Source of the DNA: Clostridia bacterium
GTDB lineage: Bacteria > Bacillota > Clostridia > Oscillospirales > CAG-272
Length of the DNA stretch: 64,000 nt
Reading direction: 5' to 3'
NCBI GenBank assembly: GCA_017959065.1
Contig: JAGDBK010000064.1
Location: 1,775-65,774, forward strand
Made by a program: the position numbers and the translations under genes. The notes beneath the pieces were generated by a model. The model did not search any database. It had not been told where the DNA came from and worked only from the letters and a program-made list of their open reading frames with translations. Shown here piece after piece: positions 27,890 to 37,487 of the stretch (positions are counted from its first letter, which is position 1; every line of letters begins with the position of its first letter).

Positions 27890-28150
27890 ATGGCAGAAAA
27901 GAAAAAGGAAGTAGAAAAAACGACTGCCGAAAAGCCTGCGAAAAAGAGCAAGCCGGGTCTGTTCAAGAGAATTGCAAAGTTTTTCCGTGACTACAAAAGC
28001 GAACTGAAAAAGATCGTTTGGGCCAACCCCAAGCAGACTCTTTACAGATCAATCTTTGTTGTTGTTGTGGTTATCGTATTCGGTGCAGTTATCGGATTGC
28101 TTGACTATACGTTCAGTCAGGCTATCAATGCTCTGGCAGGACTGTTTTGA
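27890..28150 (+). CDS. secE: Preprotein translocase subunit SecE
   Basis: Lys-rich N-terminus, FFRDYKSELKKIVWANPKQT, and a single C-terminal TM segment. It sits between rpmG and nusG. Confidence 0.9.
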   Translation: MAEKKKEVEKTTAEKPAKKSKPGLFKRIAKFFRDYKSELKKIVWANPKQTLYRSIFVVVVVIVFGAVIGLLDYTFSQAINALAGLF

Positions 28151-28166
28151 CAGTTGAAAAACGAAA

Positions 28167-28709
28167 ATGAGCGATATCAATGAGATGAATGACGGCCTGA
28201 AATGGTACGTGGCGCACACTTATTCAGGTTATGAAAACAAAGTCAAGGCAAATATCGAAAAGATAGTTGAGAACCGAGGCCTCGGCGATGTGATTCAGGA
28301 CGTGGTGATACCGGTCGAGACGGTCGTTGAAGAGAGCGGCGACGGAACAAAAGAGATCGAGTCAAAGCTTTTCCCCAGCTACGTTCTGATAAAGATGGTG
28401 ATGACGGACGAAACCTGGCATGTCGTAAGGAACATTACGGGTGTTACCGGGTTCGTCGGCCCCGGATCCAGACCGACTCCGCTTTCCGACGAGGAAGTCG
28501 AAGCGCTTGCTGTTGAGGTCAGATCCGGCGTCCAGAATATCGCAGTCGGAGACGAGGTCGAGATTATTGAAAGCGCCTTCAAAGGTTTTTCTGGCGCTGT
28601 ATCGGATATCTCGGAAGACGGTTCGGAGATTACGGTTATCGTTAAAACCGCGCAGCGTGACATGCCTATTAAGCTTGAGGCACGGAACGTCAAAAAAAAG
28701 GCCGACTGA
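28167..28709 (+). CDS. nusG: Transcription termination/antitermination factor NusG
   Basis: NGN domain motif WYVAHTYSGYENKV. KOW region GDEVEIIESAFKGFSGAVSDI. Confidence 0.95.
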   Translation: MSDINEMNDGLKWYVAHTYSGYENKVKANIEKIVENRGLGDVIQDVVIPVETVVEESGDGTKEIESKLFPSYVLIKMVMTDETWHVVRNITGVTGFVGPGSRPTPLSDEEVEALAVEVRSGVQNIAVGDEVEIIESAFKGFSGAVSDISEDGSEITVIVKTAQRDMPIKLEARNVKKKAD

Positions 28710-28799
28710 ATCAAGTCGCCATAGCCGCTTCTCAGCGGCGCAGTGGGAGGGAAAAATCTTTATTTCCCGATTCTTACCACTATTTGGAGGTAATTTAAA

Positions 28800-29225
28800 A
28801 TGGCAAAAAAAGTAATGGGTTACATCAAGCTTCAGATCCCCGCAGGGAAAGCCACCCCGCAGCCGCCGATAGGTCCTGCCCTCGGTCAGTACGGTGTCGC
28901 GATTCCCGCTTTTACAAAAGAATTCAATGACAGAACCAAAAACGATATGGGTCTGATCATTCCTGTTGTCATAACCGTTTATGCGGACCGTTCATTTTCT
29001 TTCATTACAAAAACTCCGCCGGCAGCAGTGCTTATCAAAAAGGCATGCGGTATAGAAACTGCATCCGGCAGACCAAACACCCAGAAAGTCGCAGAGATCA
29101 CCATGGACCAGGTCAGAAAGATCGCGGAGACAAAAATGCCTGATCTTAACGCCTCTTCTGTTGAGACAGCCATGAGCATGATTGCCGGTACAGCCCGCAG
29201 CATGGGCATTACCGTCAAGGAATAA
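28800..29225 (+). CDS. rplK: 50S ribosomal protein L11
   Basis: Sequence [33 protein letters not shown]... Confidence 0.97.
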   Translation: MAKKVMGYIKLQIPAGKATPQPPIGPALGQYGVAIPAFTKEFNDRTKNDMGLIIPVVITVYADRSFSFITKTPPAAVLIKKACGIETASGRPNTQKVAEITMDQVRKIAETKMPDLNASSVETAMSMIAGTARSMGITVKE

Positions 29226-29240
29226 GCGAGGTGTTTGATA

Positions 29241-29933
29241 ATGAAATACGGAAAGAAATACGCTGACAGCGTCAAACTTATCGATAAGAAGAAACTTTAT
29301 GACTCTGAAGAGGCTCTTGATCTCGTATGCCAGACCTCGAAAGCCAAATTTGATGAGACAGTTGAGATCCATGTCCGTCTTGGCGTTGACAGCCGTCACG
29401 CAGATCAGCAGGTCCGCGGCGCTGTAGTCCTTCCCAACGGAACCGGAAAAAAGATCCGCACCCTCGTCTTTGCAAGAGGCGACAAGGCAAAGGACGCAGA
29501 AGCGGCTGGAGCGGACTATGTCGGAGCTGAAGACATGGTCGAGAAGATCCAGAAAGAGAACTGGTTCGACTTTGACGTCGTTATCGCTACTCCTGATATG
29601 ATGGGCGTGATAGGACGTCTCGGTAAGATCCTTGGTCCCAAGGGTCTGATGCCCAACCCCAAGGCCGGAACAGTTACGATGGATGTCGGACGCGCCGTCA
29701 ATGAAGCAAAAGCCGGTAAGATCGAGTATCGTCTCGACAAGACCAATATTATCCACTGTCCGATCGGCAAAGCTTCGTTCGGAAAGGAAAAGCTTGCCGA
29801 GAACTTCAACGTCCTGATGGGTGCCATCATCAAGGCTAAGCCGGCAGCTGCAAAGGGACAGTACATAAAGAGCTGTGTCGTTGCTTCAACAATGGGCCCC
29901 GGCATAAAGGTCAACAGCGCAAAAATCAGCTGA
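29241..29933 (+). CDS. rplA: 50S ribosomal protein L1
   Basis: ATG 29241 (the track ORF starts at TTG 29235). Motifs [12 protein letters not shown] and [14 protein letters not shown]. Confidence 0.97.
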   Translation: MKYGKKYADSVKLIDKKKLYDSEEALDLVCQTSKAKFDETVEIHVRLGVDSRHADQQVRGAVVLPNGTGKKIRTLVFARGDKAKDAEAAGADYVGAEDMVEKIQKENWFDFDVVIATPDMMGVIGRLGKILGPKGLMPNPKAGTVTMDVGRAVNEAKAGKIEYRLDKTNIIHCPIGKASFGKEKLAENFNVLMGAIIKAKPAAAKGQYIKSCVVASTMGPGIKVNSAKIS

Positions 29934-29966
29934 CCGCATTGTGATTTTATAGTTCAGAATAAAAAG

Positions 29967-30006
29967 AAGGCTTTGCACGCAAACCCGTGTTTGCGTGCAA
30001 AGCCTT
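29967..30006. terminator. Strong bidirectional intrinsic terminator (rplA / mltG convergent)
   Basis: 18-bp perfect stem AAGGCTTTGCACGCAAAC-ccgt-GTTTGCGTGCAAAGCCTT, flanked by an A-run and a T-run. Confidence 0.85.
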
Positions 30007-30050
30007 TTTGAATTATGATCAGATCCGGGAAAAGGAAAACCGGGGGCGGA

Positions 30051-31733
30051 TTACTCGCCCTTGACAAGCGCGCTGTTCTGGAGATGCTCCTGCTCTGTCT
30101 GAGCGAACAGCATCGTACCGTCTTTCTTAGACACGAAATAATAGTAATTTGTATTGGAAGGATAAAGGGCGCAGGTAATTGCATTGTAGCCGGGATTGGC
30201 GATCGCTCCCGGAGGAAGTCCCGGATACAGATAGGTGTTGTATGGATCGTTGAATGACAGATCTTTTCCTGTGATCTCGCTCGGCCTTTCTCCTAACTGG
30301 AGCTGCATGGCATAAACAATGGTAGCGTCGCTCTGAAGCATCGGGAAGTATGTCTTGTTATTAAGTCTGTTGTGGAACACGGATGAGATCTTGTCAAAAT
30401 CTACTACGAACTTTCCTTCTTTTTCTATGAGCGATGCCAGAGTTACTACCTCGTCGATCGACATCTTAAGTTCTTCAGCCCTGAGTTTCAGATCCTCCGT
30501 GAAGATCTGGTCGAATCTTTCAAGAAATTTGACTATCGCGTTGACTTCATCCTGATATATGTATATTCCGTCCCCTTCCTCGATCCCTCTGGATTTATAG
30601 AAATAATACGTGTCCGGAAACAGATATCCTTCAAGCCTGTAATATCTTTCCGGAGACATTTTTATCTCATCCATGAATGAAAAATCGTATTCGGAAAAAT
30701 CATAGTTGTTTATGACTTCCTTGAAACCTTCCTCAGTGCCCACTTCATTTTCGACCAGAAGAGCAATTACCTCGTCGACCGTAGATCCTTCAGGGAATGC
30801 TATTCTTACGGTCTCTCTCTTTAATGATTTCTGGAACTGAGCGAACAGTTCGTCGTAACTGCTGTTCGCATTGACTACGTAATCTCCGGCTACGAATTCT
30901 GCCGTCTTTCCGCCGCGTCCGCAGTATATCTTGAATATGAGCGGGAATTTGATTATTCCTTCCTGGTGAAGGATATCGGCAAGTTCGCTCGTGGTCGTCA
31001 GTTCCGGTATCGTGACATTGAAATACTCATCCGGTTTTACAAAGGCGAACGCGTCATTGGCGATAATTATTCCTACATAGCTCAGGATAATGGATACCGT
31101 CAGTATCGCTACTATGTAAATGAGAGCTTTGAGAATGCTTTTGGGAGTTGTTACGTTTCTTTCGGCCTTTTTTTCCTTCGTCGGAGAATTCAGGATGCCG
31201 GACGGACGTTTGATCTCCCTCGTGCGCACGACTTTGTGGATCGCAGTTCTCTCATTTGCGCTGTTTCCGCCGTCGCCGGGGTACGGAGAGAATCTTTCGA
31301 TCGGTGAAGGAGAGACAGAATTCTGGACATCTGCGTTGTCCGGTCTCTGCTTTTCTCTGGGAGCGGATTCAGCCCGGGAATTGCCCGCTTGATTTGAAGA
31401 TGCAGGAGTGTTTCCGGACGGAATCTTTAGGGGTTCTGCCGGTGTAGGGGCGGAGGCCGCGGCCGCTCTGGGCGCGGAAGCAGTCTTGTTTGTTGTCTCT
31501 TTGCGTCCGTCTGACTGAACGGCGGACGGGCTTTGCTCTTTTGAAGGCGAGACAACGGAAGAAGGCAAGCGCCGGGCCGCCTTCATGACTCTTGCGGGTG
31601 AAGACGATGGCTTTGCGGAACCGGAATTCTGCCGGTTTTCCTCCGAAGGGACAGGCTTCCTGCGGGTAAAACCGCTTTCAGGAAGAAAACCGTTATCATC
31701 AGTGTCGTTATTCATTTTTTCATTTTCTTCCAT
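30051..31733 (-). CDS. mltG: Endolytic murein transglycosylase MltG (YceG-like) with a long low-complexity N-terminus
   Basis: YceG motifs: VTLASLIEKE, SDATIVYA, YNTYLYPGLPPGAIANPG and NYYYFV. A single TM segment sits near residue 205-230. The first ~200 aa are Ser/Pro/Ala/Asn-rich. Confidence 0.88.
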   Translation of the reverse strand: MEENEKMNNDTDDNGFLPESGFTRRKPVPSEENRQNSGSAKPSSSPARVMKAARRLPSSVVSPSKEQSPSAVQSDGRKETTNKTASAPRAAAASAPTPAEPLKIPSGNTPASSNQAGNSRAESAPREKQRPDNADVQNSVSPSPIERFSPYPGDGGNSANERTAIHKVVRTREIKRPSGILNSPTKEKKAERNVTTPKSILKALIYIVAILTVSIILSYVGIIIANDAFAFVKPDEYFNVTIPELTTTSELADILHQEGIIKFPLIFKIYCGRGGKTAEFVAGDYVVNANSSYDELFAQFQKSLKRETVRIAFPEGSTVDEVIALLVENEVGTEEGFKEVINNYDFSEYDFSFMDEIKMSPERYYRLEGYLFPDTYYFYKSRGIEEGDGIYIYQDEVNAIVKFLERFDQIFTEDLKLRAEELKMSIDEVVTLASLIEKEGKFVVDFDKISSVFHNRLNNKTYFPMLQSDATIVYAMQLQLGERPSEITGKDLSFNDPYNTYLYPGLPPGAIANPGYNAITCALYPSNTNYYYFVSKKDGTMLFAQTEQEHLQNSALVKGE

Positions 31734-31786
31734 AGCTTTATCCCTGCCTTTTTAAGATAATTGGGACACTGTATGTTCATGATTCG

Positions 31787-32692
31787 TCACCGGATAAATA
31801 TTACGGCAATGATATAAAGGGCGACGCATACGAGAAAAGAAGGCGACAGAAGCGCATGAGTCAGCGGCGGCTTGCCGCCGGTGCGTTCGAAATCCCAGTC
31901 TCTGTCCAGCGCGTCCCGGCCGTTTTTAAGCAGTATGCTCTCGGTCTGAGCGAATATGAAAAAGGAAAACAGCAGAAGAAGAGCAACTGTCAGGAAAATC
32001 ACGAAGATAACGTTCTGAGGGATCTTTATGATCGCGGAAATGTATTTTTCAAAAAACAGTATGTAAAGGTTGAAGATCAGATGTACCGCCATTGAAGCGA
32101 AAACGGACCGTGAAACATATGAAACGAACCCCAGAACCAGTCCGGAGAACAGATAAATCGGAAACGCTTCAAGATTCGCATGCAGGAGTGCAAAAATCAG
32201 AGATGACATAACGATCGAGCCGCCCATCCCCAGCGTGTCATACTCTTCGAGAATCACGGAGCGGCAAAGGAACTCCTCCGTCAATGCGGGAATGACTGCG
32301 AACGCAATTGAAACAAATACTGTTCTTGAAGTCAGACTTTCGGGGATCAGTTCGCTGTATGTAAGAGTATTGCTGGTTGGAATGCCGCAGAAATACATTC
32401 CGAAAGATATCAGCATACTTCCCGAAATAACCACTACAAGGGACGACAGTATAAACAGCAAGGATTTTCTGGGAGGAAGCCTGAGGCGAAGTCTGGGAAC
32501 GGGTATGGATCTAATCCTGATATAGATCAGGGCAGGGAGGAACAGAACGACCAGCTGAATAGCGGCGACTGAAAGAAATACTGTTTCGCCTTCCCCCAGC
32601 ATTGAAGAATCAATGTGTCTCAGCACCAGAGAAAGAGCCATTATTATTATCACAAGGACAGGAGCGATGATATAGGTTTTTCTGTTTTCCAT
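31787..32692 (-). CDS. CPBP-family intramembrane glutamic endopeptidase (CAAX protease-like)
   Basis: Polytopic membrane protein. Motifs LTEEFLCRS and FALLHAN. The start is uncertain (ATG 32692, 32641 or 32602). Confidence 0.75.
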   Translation of the reverse strand: MENRKTYIIAPVLVIIIMALSLVLRHIDSSMLGEGETVFLSVAAIQLVVLFLPALIYIRIRSIPVPRLRLRLPPRKSLLFILSSLVVVISGSMLISFGMYFCGIPTSNTLTYSELIPESLTSRTVFVSIAFAVIPALTEEFLCRSVILEEYDTLGMGGSIVMSSLIFALLHANLEAFPIYLFSGLVLGFVSYVSRSVFASMAVHLIFNLYILFFEKYISAIIKIPQNVIFVIFLTVALLLLFSFFIFAQTESILLKNGRDALDRDWDFERTGGKPPLTHALLSPSFLVCVALYIIAVIFIR

Positions 32693-33263
32693 CGATTGTG
32701 TATGCTCCCTTCTCTGAGACGATTATATCTACCGCGATGTCGTGTGCTTCCCGGGGGACCGAATCAAGCAGACCGCTCTCATAGACAAGACCTACCGACG
32801 TTCCCTCGAACGAGGAGAGAAATCTGTCATAGTATCCTCCGCCGTATCCTATGCGGTACCCTTTTCTGTCGATAACCAAAGCGGGGACTATGCAGACCGT
32901 GTTCCCGCATGAAAAAACCGAAGGCGCATGAGCATCAGGTTCCGGGATGCCGAACCGTCCGGGCCTGAGTTCGTCAGTGCTCCGAACGGAACGAAAAACC
33001 ATTTCTCCGCCATTCATAGTATGCGGGAAGGCGATGGTCTTTCCCGAGGAAAGACTGAAAACGATAACGGGAGTGATATCTATTTCCTGATTTACCGGAC
33101 TGTAAAGAAGAACGGATTCCGCCCTGATGAAGCAGTCCAGTGACAATATGTTGCGGCAGATGCAAAGATCAGTCTCTTTTTTTTTCGTACCGCCTATGGC
33201 CAGCCGCTTCGCGGTGCACTCCGCGCGGAGCCGGGCTTTTTCCTTCGAAGGATCAGCCGGCAT
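32610..33263 (-). CDS. 5-formyltetrahydrofolate cyclo-ligase
   Basis: Start refined to ATG 33263 (MPADPSKEKARLR). Motifs FGIPEP and GGGYYDRFL. It overlaps the DJ-1 gene stop by 11 nt. Confidence 0.85.
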   Translation of the reverse strand: MPADPSKEKARLRAECTAKRLAIGGTKKKETDLCICRNILSLDCFIRAESVLLYSPVNQEIDITPVIVFSLSSGKTIAFPHTMNGGEMVFRSVRSTDELRPGRFGIPEPDAHAPSVFSCGNTVCIVPALVIDRKGYRIGYGGGYYDRFLSSFEGTSVGLVYESGLLDSVPREAHDIAVDIIVSEKGAYTIDGKQKNLYHRSCPCDNNNGSFSGAETH

Positions 33264-33801
33264 GGCAAACTGAGCGGGAGATCGATTCGGCCTTATCTCT
33301 GCCGCATAAGGCGGCAGCAAGTTCAAGCGCGAAATCAAGCGCCGCGCCCATTGCTTTCCCTGTTATGATCTTTCCGTCACGAACGACATCATCGGAGCTG
33401 TATACTGCATCCTGAAGTTTATCTATATATTTCTGATCCGGGTAACATGTTGCATGCTTCCCGCGCAGCAGCCCCAGATCCCCGAGAATATACGGCGCGG
33501 CACAGATAGCTGCGACAAATGAACCCCGTTCCGTCCATTTCGTAATCAGCGACGACAGCTTTTCGGAAGCTGCCAGATTGTCCGCACCGGGAATTCCGCC
33601 CGGAAGGATAAACATCTCCGGAATTTCATCCCGGATATCATCCAGCTGTATATCGGCGATGACAGTGACGTTCTGACGGCTGGTGACTGACGGACCGGTC
33701 ACACCGACAGTCTGAACATTCAATCCGGCCCTTCTGAGAACATCAAGCGGACAGAGGGCTTCCACTGTCTCAAATCCGTCGGCAAGAAACAAATAGATCA
33801 T
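33253..33801 (-). CDS. DJ-1/PfpI-family protein
   Basis: Sequence MIYLFLADGFETVEAL...ILPGG...VAAICAAPYILG, with the nucleophile-elbow Cys. Confidence 0.88.
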   Translation of the reverse strand: MIYLFLADGFETVEALCPLDVLRRAGLNVQTVGVTGPSVTSRQNVTVIADIQLDDIRDEIPEMFILPGGIPGADNLAASEKLSSLITKWTERGSFVAAICAAPYILGDLGLLRGKHATCYPDQKYIDKLQDAVYSSDDVVRDGKIITGKAMGAALDFALELAAALCGRDKAESISRSVCHAG

Positions 33802-33837
33802 AAAAACGTCTCCTTACGGCTGTCAGCCGTTTCGCTG

Positions 33838-36498
33838 TTACTGTATATCGGCGTCATGGAGAACCATCTCCATATATTCCTGTTTTGTGATAAGAACTTC
33901 CCTCGGCTTCTGTCCTTCAGGAGCGCTGACGTATCCGAGTTCTTCCATCCTGTCGATGAGTTTGGCGGCCCTGCCGTATCCTAGAGACAATTTTCTCTGG
34001 ATGAGGGATGTGGAGATTTTACCGGAGTCCACTGCCAGCTCGAGAGCGGCCTTCAGCATGGGATCGCCTTCTTCATCCGATTCACCGACGGAAGAGTTGA
34101 GCAGATCTTTTTTCTTGACTCCGCATAGTTCCGCCGCGCGTTCTATGCTGGCTATGACCTCATCGTTGTACTGGGCGGTGATCTCGGTATTCCTCTTGAT
34201 AAAATCAACGACCTTTTCGACCTCTTCGTCGGATACGAACGATCCCTGTCCGCGGAGAGGCTTGTTAGCGCCTATGGGAGAATACAGCATATCGCCGCGT
34301 CCGATGAGCTTTTCCGCTCCGGCCATGTCGATGATCGTTCTGGAATCGACCTGGTTGGAAGTGGTAAACGCTATTCTCGACGGAATGTTTGCTTTTATCA
34401 GACCGGTGATGACATCAACAGAGGGACGCTGTGTTCCGACTATGAGGTGCATTCCGGCAGCACGGGCTTTCTGAGCGAGTCGGCATATCGAGGTCTCGAC
34501 ATCGTCTGAAGCGGTCATCATAAGATCGGCAAGCTCGTCAATGATAATAACTATCTGGGGGAGGAACTCCTTCTCATTGTCATTCTGAGTGATGGAGTTA
34601 TAACCCTTGATCTCTCTTGCGCCGACCTCTTCAATAAGCTCGAAACGTCGTTCCATTTCGCCCACGGCCCAAGCAAGAGATCCGGCGGCCTTCTTGGGGT
34701 CTGACACGACCGGCACAAGAAGATGCGGCAGGCCGTTGTACACGTTCAGCTCCACTTTTTTGGGGTCCACGAGGATCAGCTTGACTTCGTCCGGCCTTGC
34801 TTTGTAAAGAAGGCTTATGATGATCGAGTTGATACAGACTGATTTGCCCGAACCCGTAGCTCCGGCTATGAGAAGATGCGGCATTTTGGAAATGTCCATG
34901 TACATGGGATTTCCCACGACGTCTTTTCCCAGAGCGGCGGTGATCTTTGACGGTGCCGTCTCAAACTGCTTGTTTTCCAGAAGACCTCTGAGGCACACCA
35001 TTGACGTGGTCCTGTTGGGGACCTCGATTCCGACGGCGGATTTTCCCGGAATGGGAGCTTCGATCCTAACCCCGGACGTTGCCAGGCTCAAAGCGATATC
35101 GTCAACGAGGTTTGCGATTGAACGCACTCTCGTCCCTGCCTCCGGCTGAAGTTCGTACCGGGTAATCGTCGGCCCTTTTGTGACATTGACGACCTTTGTC
35201 TTTACATTGAAGCTGAGCAGGGTGTCAACGAGTTTCTTCGCGTTGGACCTCATTTCATTCTCGTCTGCGGCGGGCGGAGCCTCGTCTTCTCTAAGCAGGT
35301 CATACGGCGGGAATATATATGCGACTTTTTTCTTGGCGCTTTCCTGGCGCTTCTTGGCCGGGGTGTGAGAAACCCTCAGATCTGTTTCGGCGTGATCTGT
35401 TTCGGGATCAGAAGCCGGACTGTCGGCAGAGTCGGGGAGATCGTTCGGGATGTCGGGCACGATCGGCTGGGGATCGATAAAAATATTCTTCCAGTCCAGT
35501 TCGGAAACAAGAGGGCTTTTTGAATCAGTCATTTTCCCTATAACTCTCGCGTCGGCGGGATTAAGCTCCAGCTCCGGCTTTTCTGTTTCCGAATTCATTT
35601 GAGCGTTCTTTGCCGCCTCGAAAACCGAACTGTCCACTAAACTGTCGTCTTCTTCAAGGCCGTCGATCCTGATCTCGTTGTCTATGGGCGAGGGGGACTG
35701 CTGCGGATCTTCCGTCAGGGAAACATCCGGATCGAAATCGTGACGCCTGATCTTCTTCGCGGTTTTGGCCTGAGGTGCGTCAGTTACGGGCACATACGGG
35801 TCGTCGGGGTAAACAGGGCGGCTTGAATGAATGTCGGACTCCTTCTTTTCCTTGGCTTTTTTGATCCTGTAGGCGATAGCGACCATAATTGATTTCGGGG
35901 TGGCTCCGAAAAGGAAAACGAGGAAGATAAGCAGGGCGGTTATCGAGATGATCAGCGTTCCCGCTCTGTCGAATCCGGCGAGCATCAGTGTGCCGAGGAA
36001 TCCCCCGATCACACCGCCACCGGTAAGATTGATTCCGCCGTTCCAAAGGGTTGCTAAATCATAAGACCTGTATTCATCAGGGACAAAAACATGAAACAGA
36101 ACGGAGGCTATTACCGTTACGACGACAGAAAAAATAATCTTCGGGACCAGAGAATTGTTGAGGATGCTCTTTTTCCAGACGAATGCCAGATAAACCATTA
36201 AAACCGGGATGATATAGGCAGCCGGACCCAGCAGACCGAAAAACAGACTGTGGATCGCAAAGCCCACGGGGCCGAAAAGATCGAAGAAGTAACAGCCGGT
36301 TACGAACAGCGCGACGGCCACAAGGACGCAGGGAATGATCTGGTTCTTTATACTGGATGCGCGTATGGCCGCGTCTTCGGCAGACGGAATCTCCTTGCTC
36401 TTCTCTGCCTTTTTCGGCGCGTGAGATTTCGAGACAGACTGCGCGGCTTTTTTCTTATTCGCTTTTTTGCTTTTACTGTTTGCCAATTCGGAGTGCAC
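33838..36498 (-). CDS. ftsK: DNA translocase FtsK/SpoIIIE
   Basis: N-terminal TM segments. Motifs AGATGSGKSVCIN and IVIIIDELADLM, plus a C-terminal gamma-like wHTH (SLIQRKLSLGYGRAAKLID). The start is either GTG 36498 or in-frame TTG 36486; SD AAGGAG abuts the GTG. Confidence 0.93.
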   Translation of the reverse strand: MHSELANSKSKKANKKKAAQSVSKSHAPKKAEKSKEIPSAEDAAIRASSIKNQIIPCVLVAVALFVTGCYFFDLFGPVGFAIHSLFFGLLGPAAYIIPVLMVYLAFVWKKSILNNSLVPKIIFSVVVTVIASVLFHVFVPDEYRSYDLATLWNGGINLTGGGVIGGFLGTLMLAGFDRAGTLIISITALLIFLVFLFGATPKSIMVAIAYRIKKAKEKKESDIHSSRPVYPDDPYVPVTDAPQAKTAKKIRRHDFDPDVSLTEDPQQSPSPIDNEIRIDGLEEDDSLVDSSVFEAAKNAQMNSETEKPELELNPADARVIGKMTDSKSPLVSELDWKNIFIDPQPIVPDIPNDLPDSADSPASDPETDHAETDLRVSHTPAKKRQESAKKKVAYIFPPYDLLREDEAPPAADENEMRSNAKKLVDTLLSFNVKTKVVNVTKGPTITRYELQPEAGTRVRSIANLVDDIALSLATSGVRIEAPIPGKSAVGIEVPNRTTSMVCLRGLLENKQFETAPSKITAALGKDVVGNPMYMDISKMPHLLIAGATGSGKSVCINSIIISLLYKARPDEVKLILVDPKKVELNVYNGLPHLLVPVVSDPKKAAGSLAWAVGEMERRFELIEEVGAREIKGYNSITQNDNEKEFLPQIVIIIDELADLMMTASDDVETSICRLAQKARAAGMHLIVGTQRPSVDVITGLIKANIPSRIAFTTSNQVDSRTIIDMAGAEKLIGRGDMLYSPIGANKPLRGQGSFVSDEEVEKVVDFIKRNTEITAQYNDEVIASIERAAELCGVKKKDLLNSSVGESDEEGDPMLKAALELAVDSGKISTSLIQRKLSLGYGRAAKLIDRMEELGYVSAPEGQKPREVLITKQEYMEMVLHDADIQ

Positions 36499-36625
36499 TC
36501 CTTAATATCTGATAGTATTGAATAATCACAGCAGTAACCGAAAAAACGCAAGCGTCTCCGGGAGCCGGATTATAGCTGCCGGAAACAATTCTTCAGCGTT
36601 ATCCGGGAGCATCCCGGATACGTGA

Positions 36626-36654
36626 ATTATATCATAATTGAAGGAAAAACACAA
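36626..36654 (-). promoter_or_regulatory. Putative sigma-A promoter of ftsK
   Basis: On the minus strand: TTGTGT (36654..36649), 17-nt spacer, TATAAT (36631..36626). Confidence 0.5.
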
Positions 36655-36859
36655 TAACGGAGGGGTACGGCGGGGACGGACACGCAGCTTTACGCGGGAA
36701 ACGAAAAACTCACGATCCGATGCCGTAAGGTGTTTCTCTGATGCGTATGCCAGGGAAATCCGGCCGACTCCGCACTCCGGAATTTCTCTTTAAACAAACT
36801 CAGGTCTTTACAAATGTAAAAAAGGGATCCGAAAAATGCCTAAACTCCCGCTTTTCTGC

Positions 36860-36888
36860 TTTACAAAGAAACAATAATGTGATATAAT
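36860..36888 (+). promoter_or_regulatory. Sigma-A promoter of rpsO
   Basis: TTTACA (36860-36865), 17-nt spacer, TATAAT (36883-36888), with TGa upstream. Confidence 0.65.
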
Positions 36889-36910
36889 TCCTACGTATGT
36901 CCTCGACCCG

Positions 36911-36963
36911 GTATGCGGAAACAGCCTTCCCGCCTTTTTGGAAGTCTTTCACCCGCCGCATAC
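36911..36963 (+). promoter_or_regulatory. Structured rpsO 5' leader (candidate S15 autoregulatory element)
   Basis: An 8-bp helix GTATGCGG (36911-36918) / CCGCATAC (36956-36963) encloses 37 nt. It lies between the promoter and the rpsO SD. Confidence 0.35.
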
Positions 36964-37008
36964 TTAGCCGACCGGATGAATTTTTTAGTTTGAGAAAGGT
37001 GAAAAAAC

Positions 37009-37272
37009 ATGCTTAAGGAAGAGAAACAGGAAATCATCGAAAAGTATGCCGTCCATGAGGGCGACACGGGTTCTCCCGAAGTGCAGATCGCGATCCTTAC
37101 CCACAGAATCGCGGCGCTTACAGAGCACCTCAAACAGAACCATAAGGATTTCCACAGCCGTCGCGGAATGCTCAAGATGGTAGGTCACAGGAGAAATCTC
37201 CTCAACTATCTCCAGAAGAAAGATATCGAACGTTATCGTGCGATAATCGAGAAGCTCGGCATCCGCAAGTAA
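37009..37272 (+). CDS. rpsO: 30S ribosomal protein S15
   Basis: Sequence [51 protein letters not shown]. Confidence 0.97.
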   Translation: MLKEEKQEIIEKYAVHEGDTGSPEVQIAILTHRIAALTEHLKQNHKDFHSRRGMLKMVGHRRNLLNYLQKKDIERYRAIIEKLGIRK

Positions 37273-37289
37273 AGCATAAGTCATTAAAG

Positions 37290-37328
37290 ACCCTGCGGGC
37301 GGGTATAACCCATTCCGCAGGGTTTTTA
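37290..37328 (+). terminator. Intrinsic terminator/attenuator after rpsO
   Basis: ACCCTGCGG (37290-37298) / CCGCAGGGT (37315-37323), followed by TTTTT. Confidence 0.7.
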
Positions 37329-37381
37329 ATGAAAAGGCCCCACTGCCGTAAAGAAAACACTCCTCTTTGACATTAAGATCT

Positions 37382-37439
37382 GTTTAGCAGTTAAATAAAC
37401 GCTCAGGCCCCGGGCATGGCGGTTATTTAAATGCTAAAC
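37382..37439 (+). promoter_or_regulatory. Long hairpin in the pnp leader
   Basis: A 17-position stem, GTTTAGCAgTTAAATAA / TTATTTAAaTGCTAAAC, with 16 base pairs and one mismatch (lower case), around a GC-rich ~23-nt loop, 50 nt upstream of pnp. Confidence 0.5.
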
Positions 37440-37487
37440 TCTAATTGACAAAGAGGATGGAAATATTGTTTAGTTGGAGGAATCAGC

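Noticed and set aside
28710-28799. Possible L1/L11 autoregulatory leader upstream of rplK
   Set aside because: I could not identify the L1-binding rRNA-mimic structure by eye. The region is short and contains only the SD. It is left unannotated.
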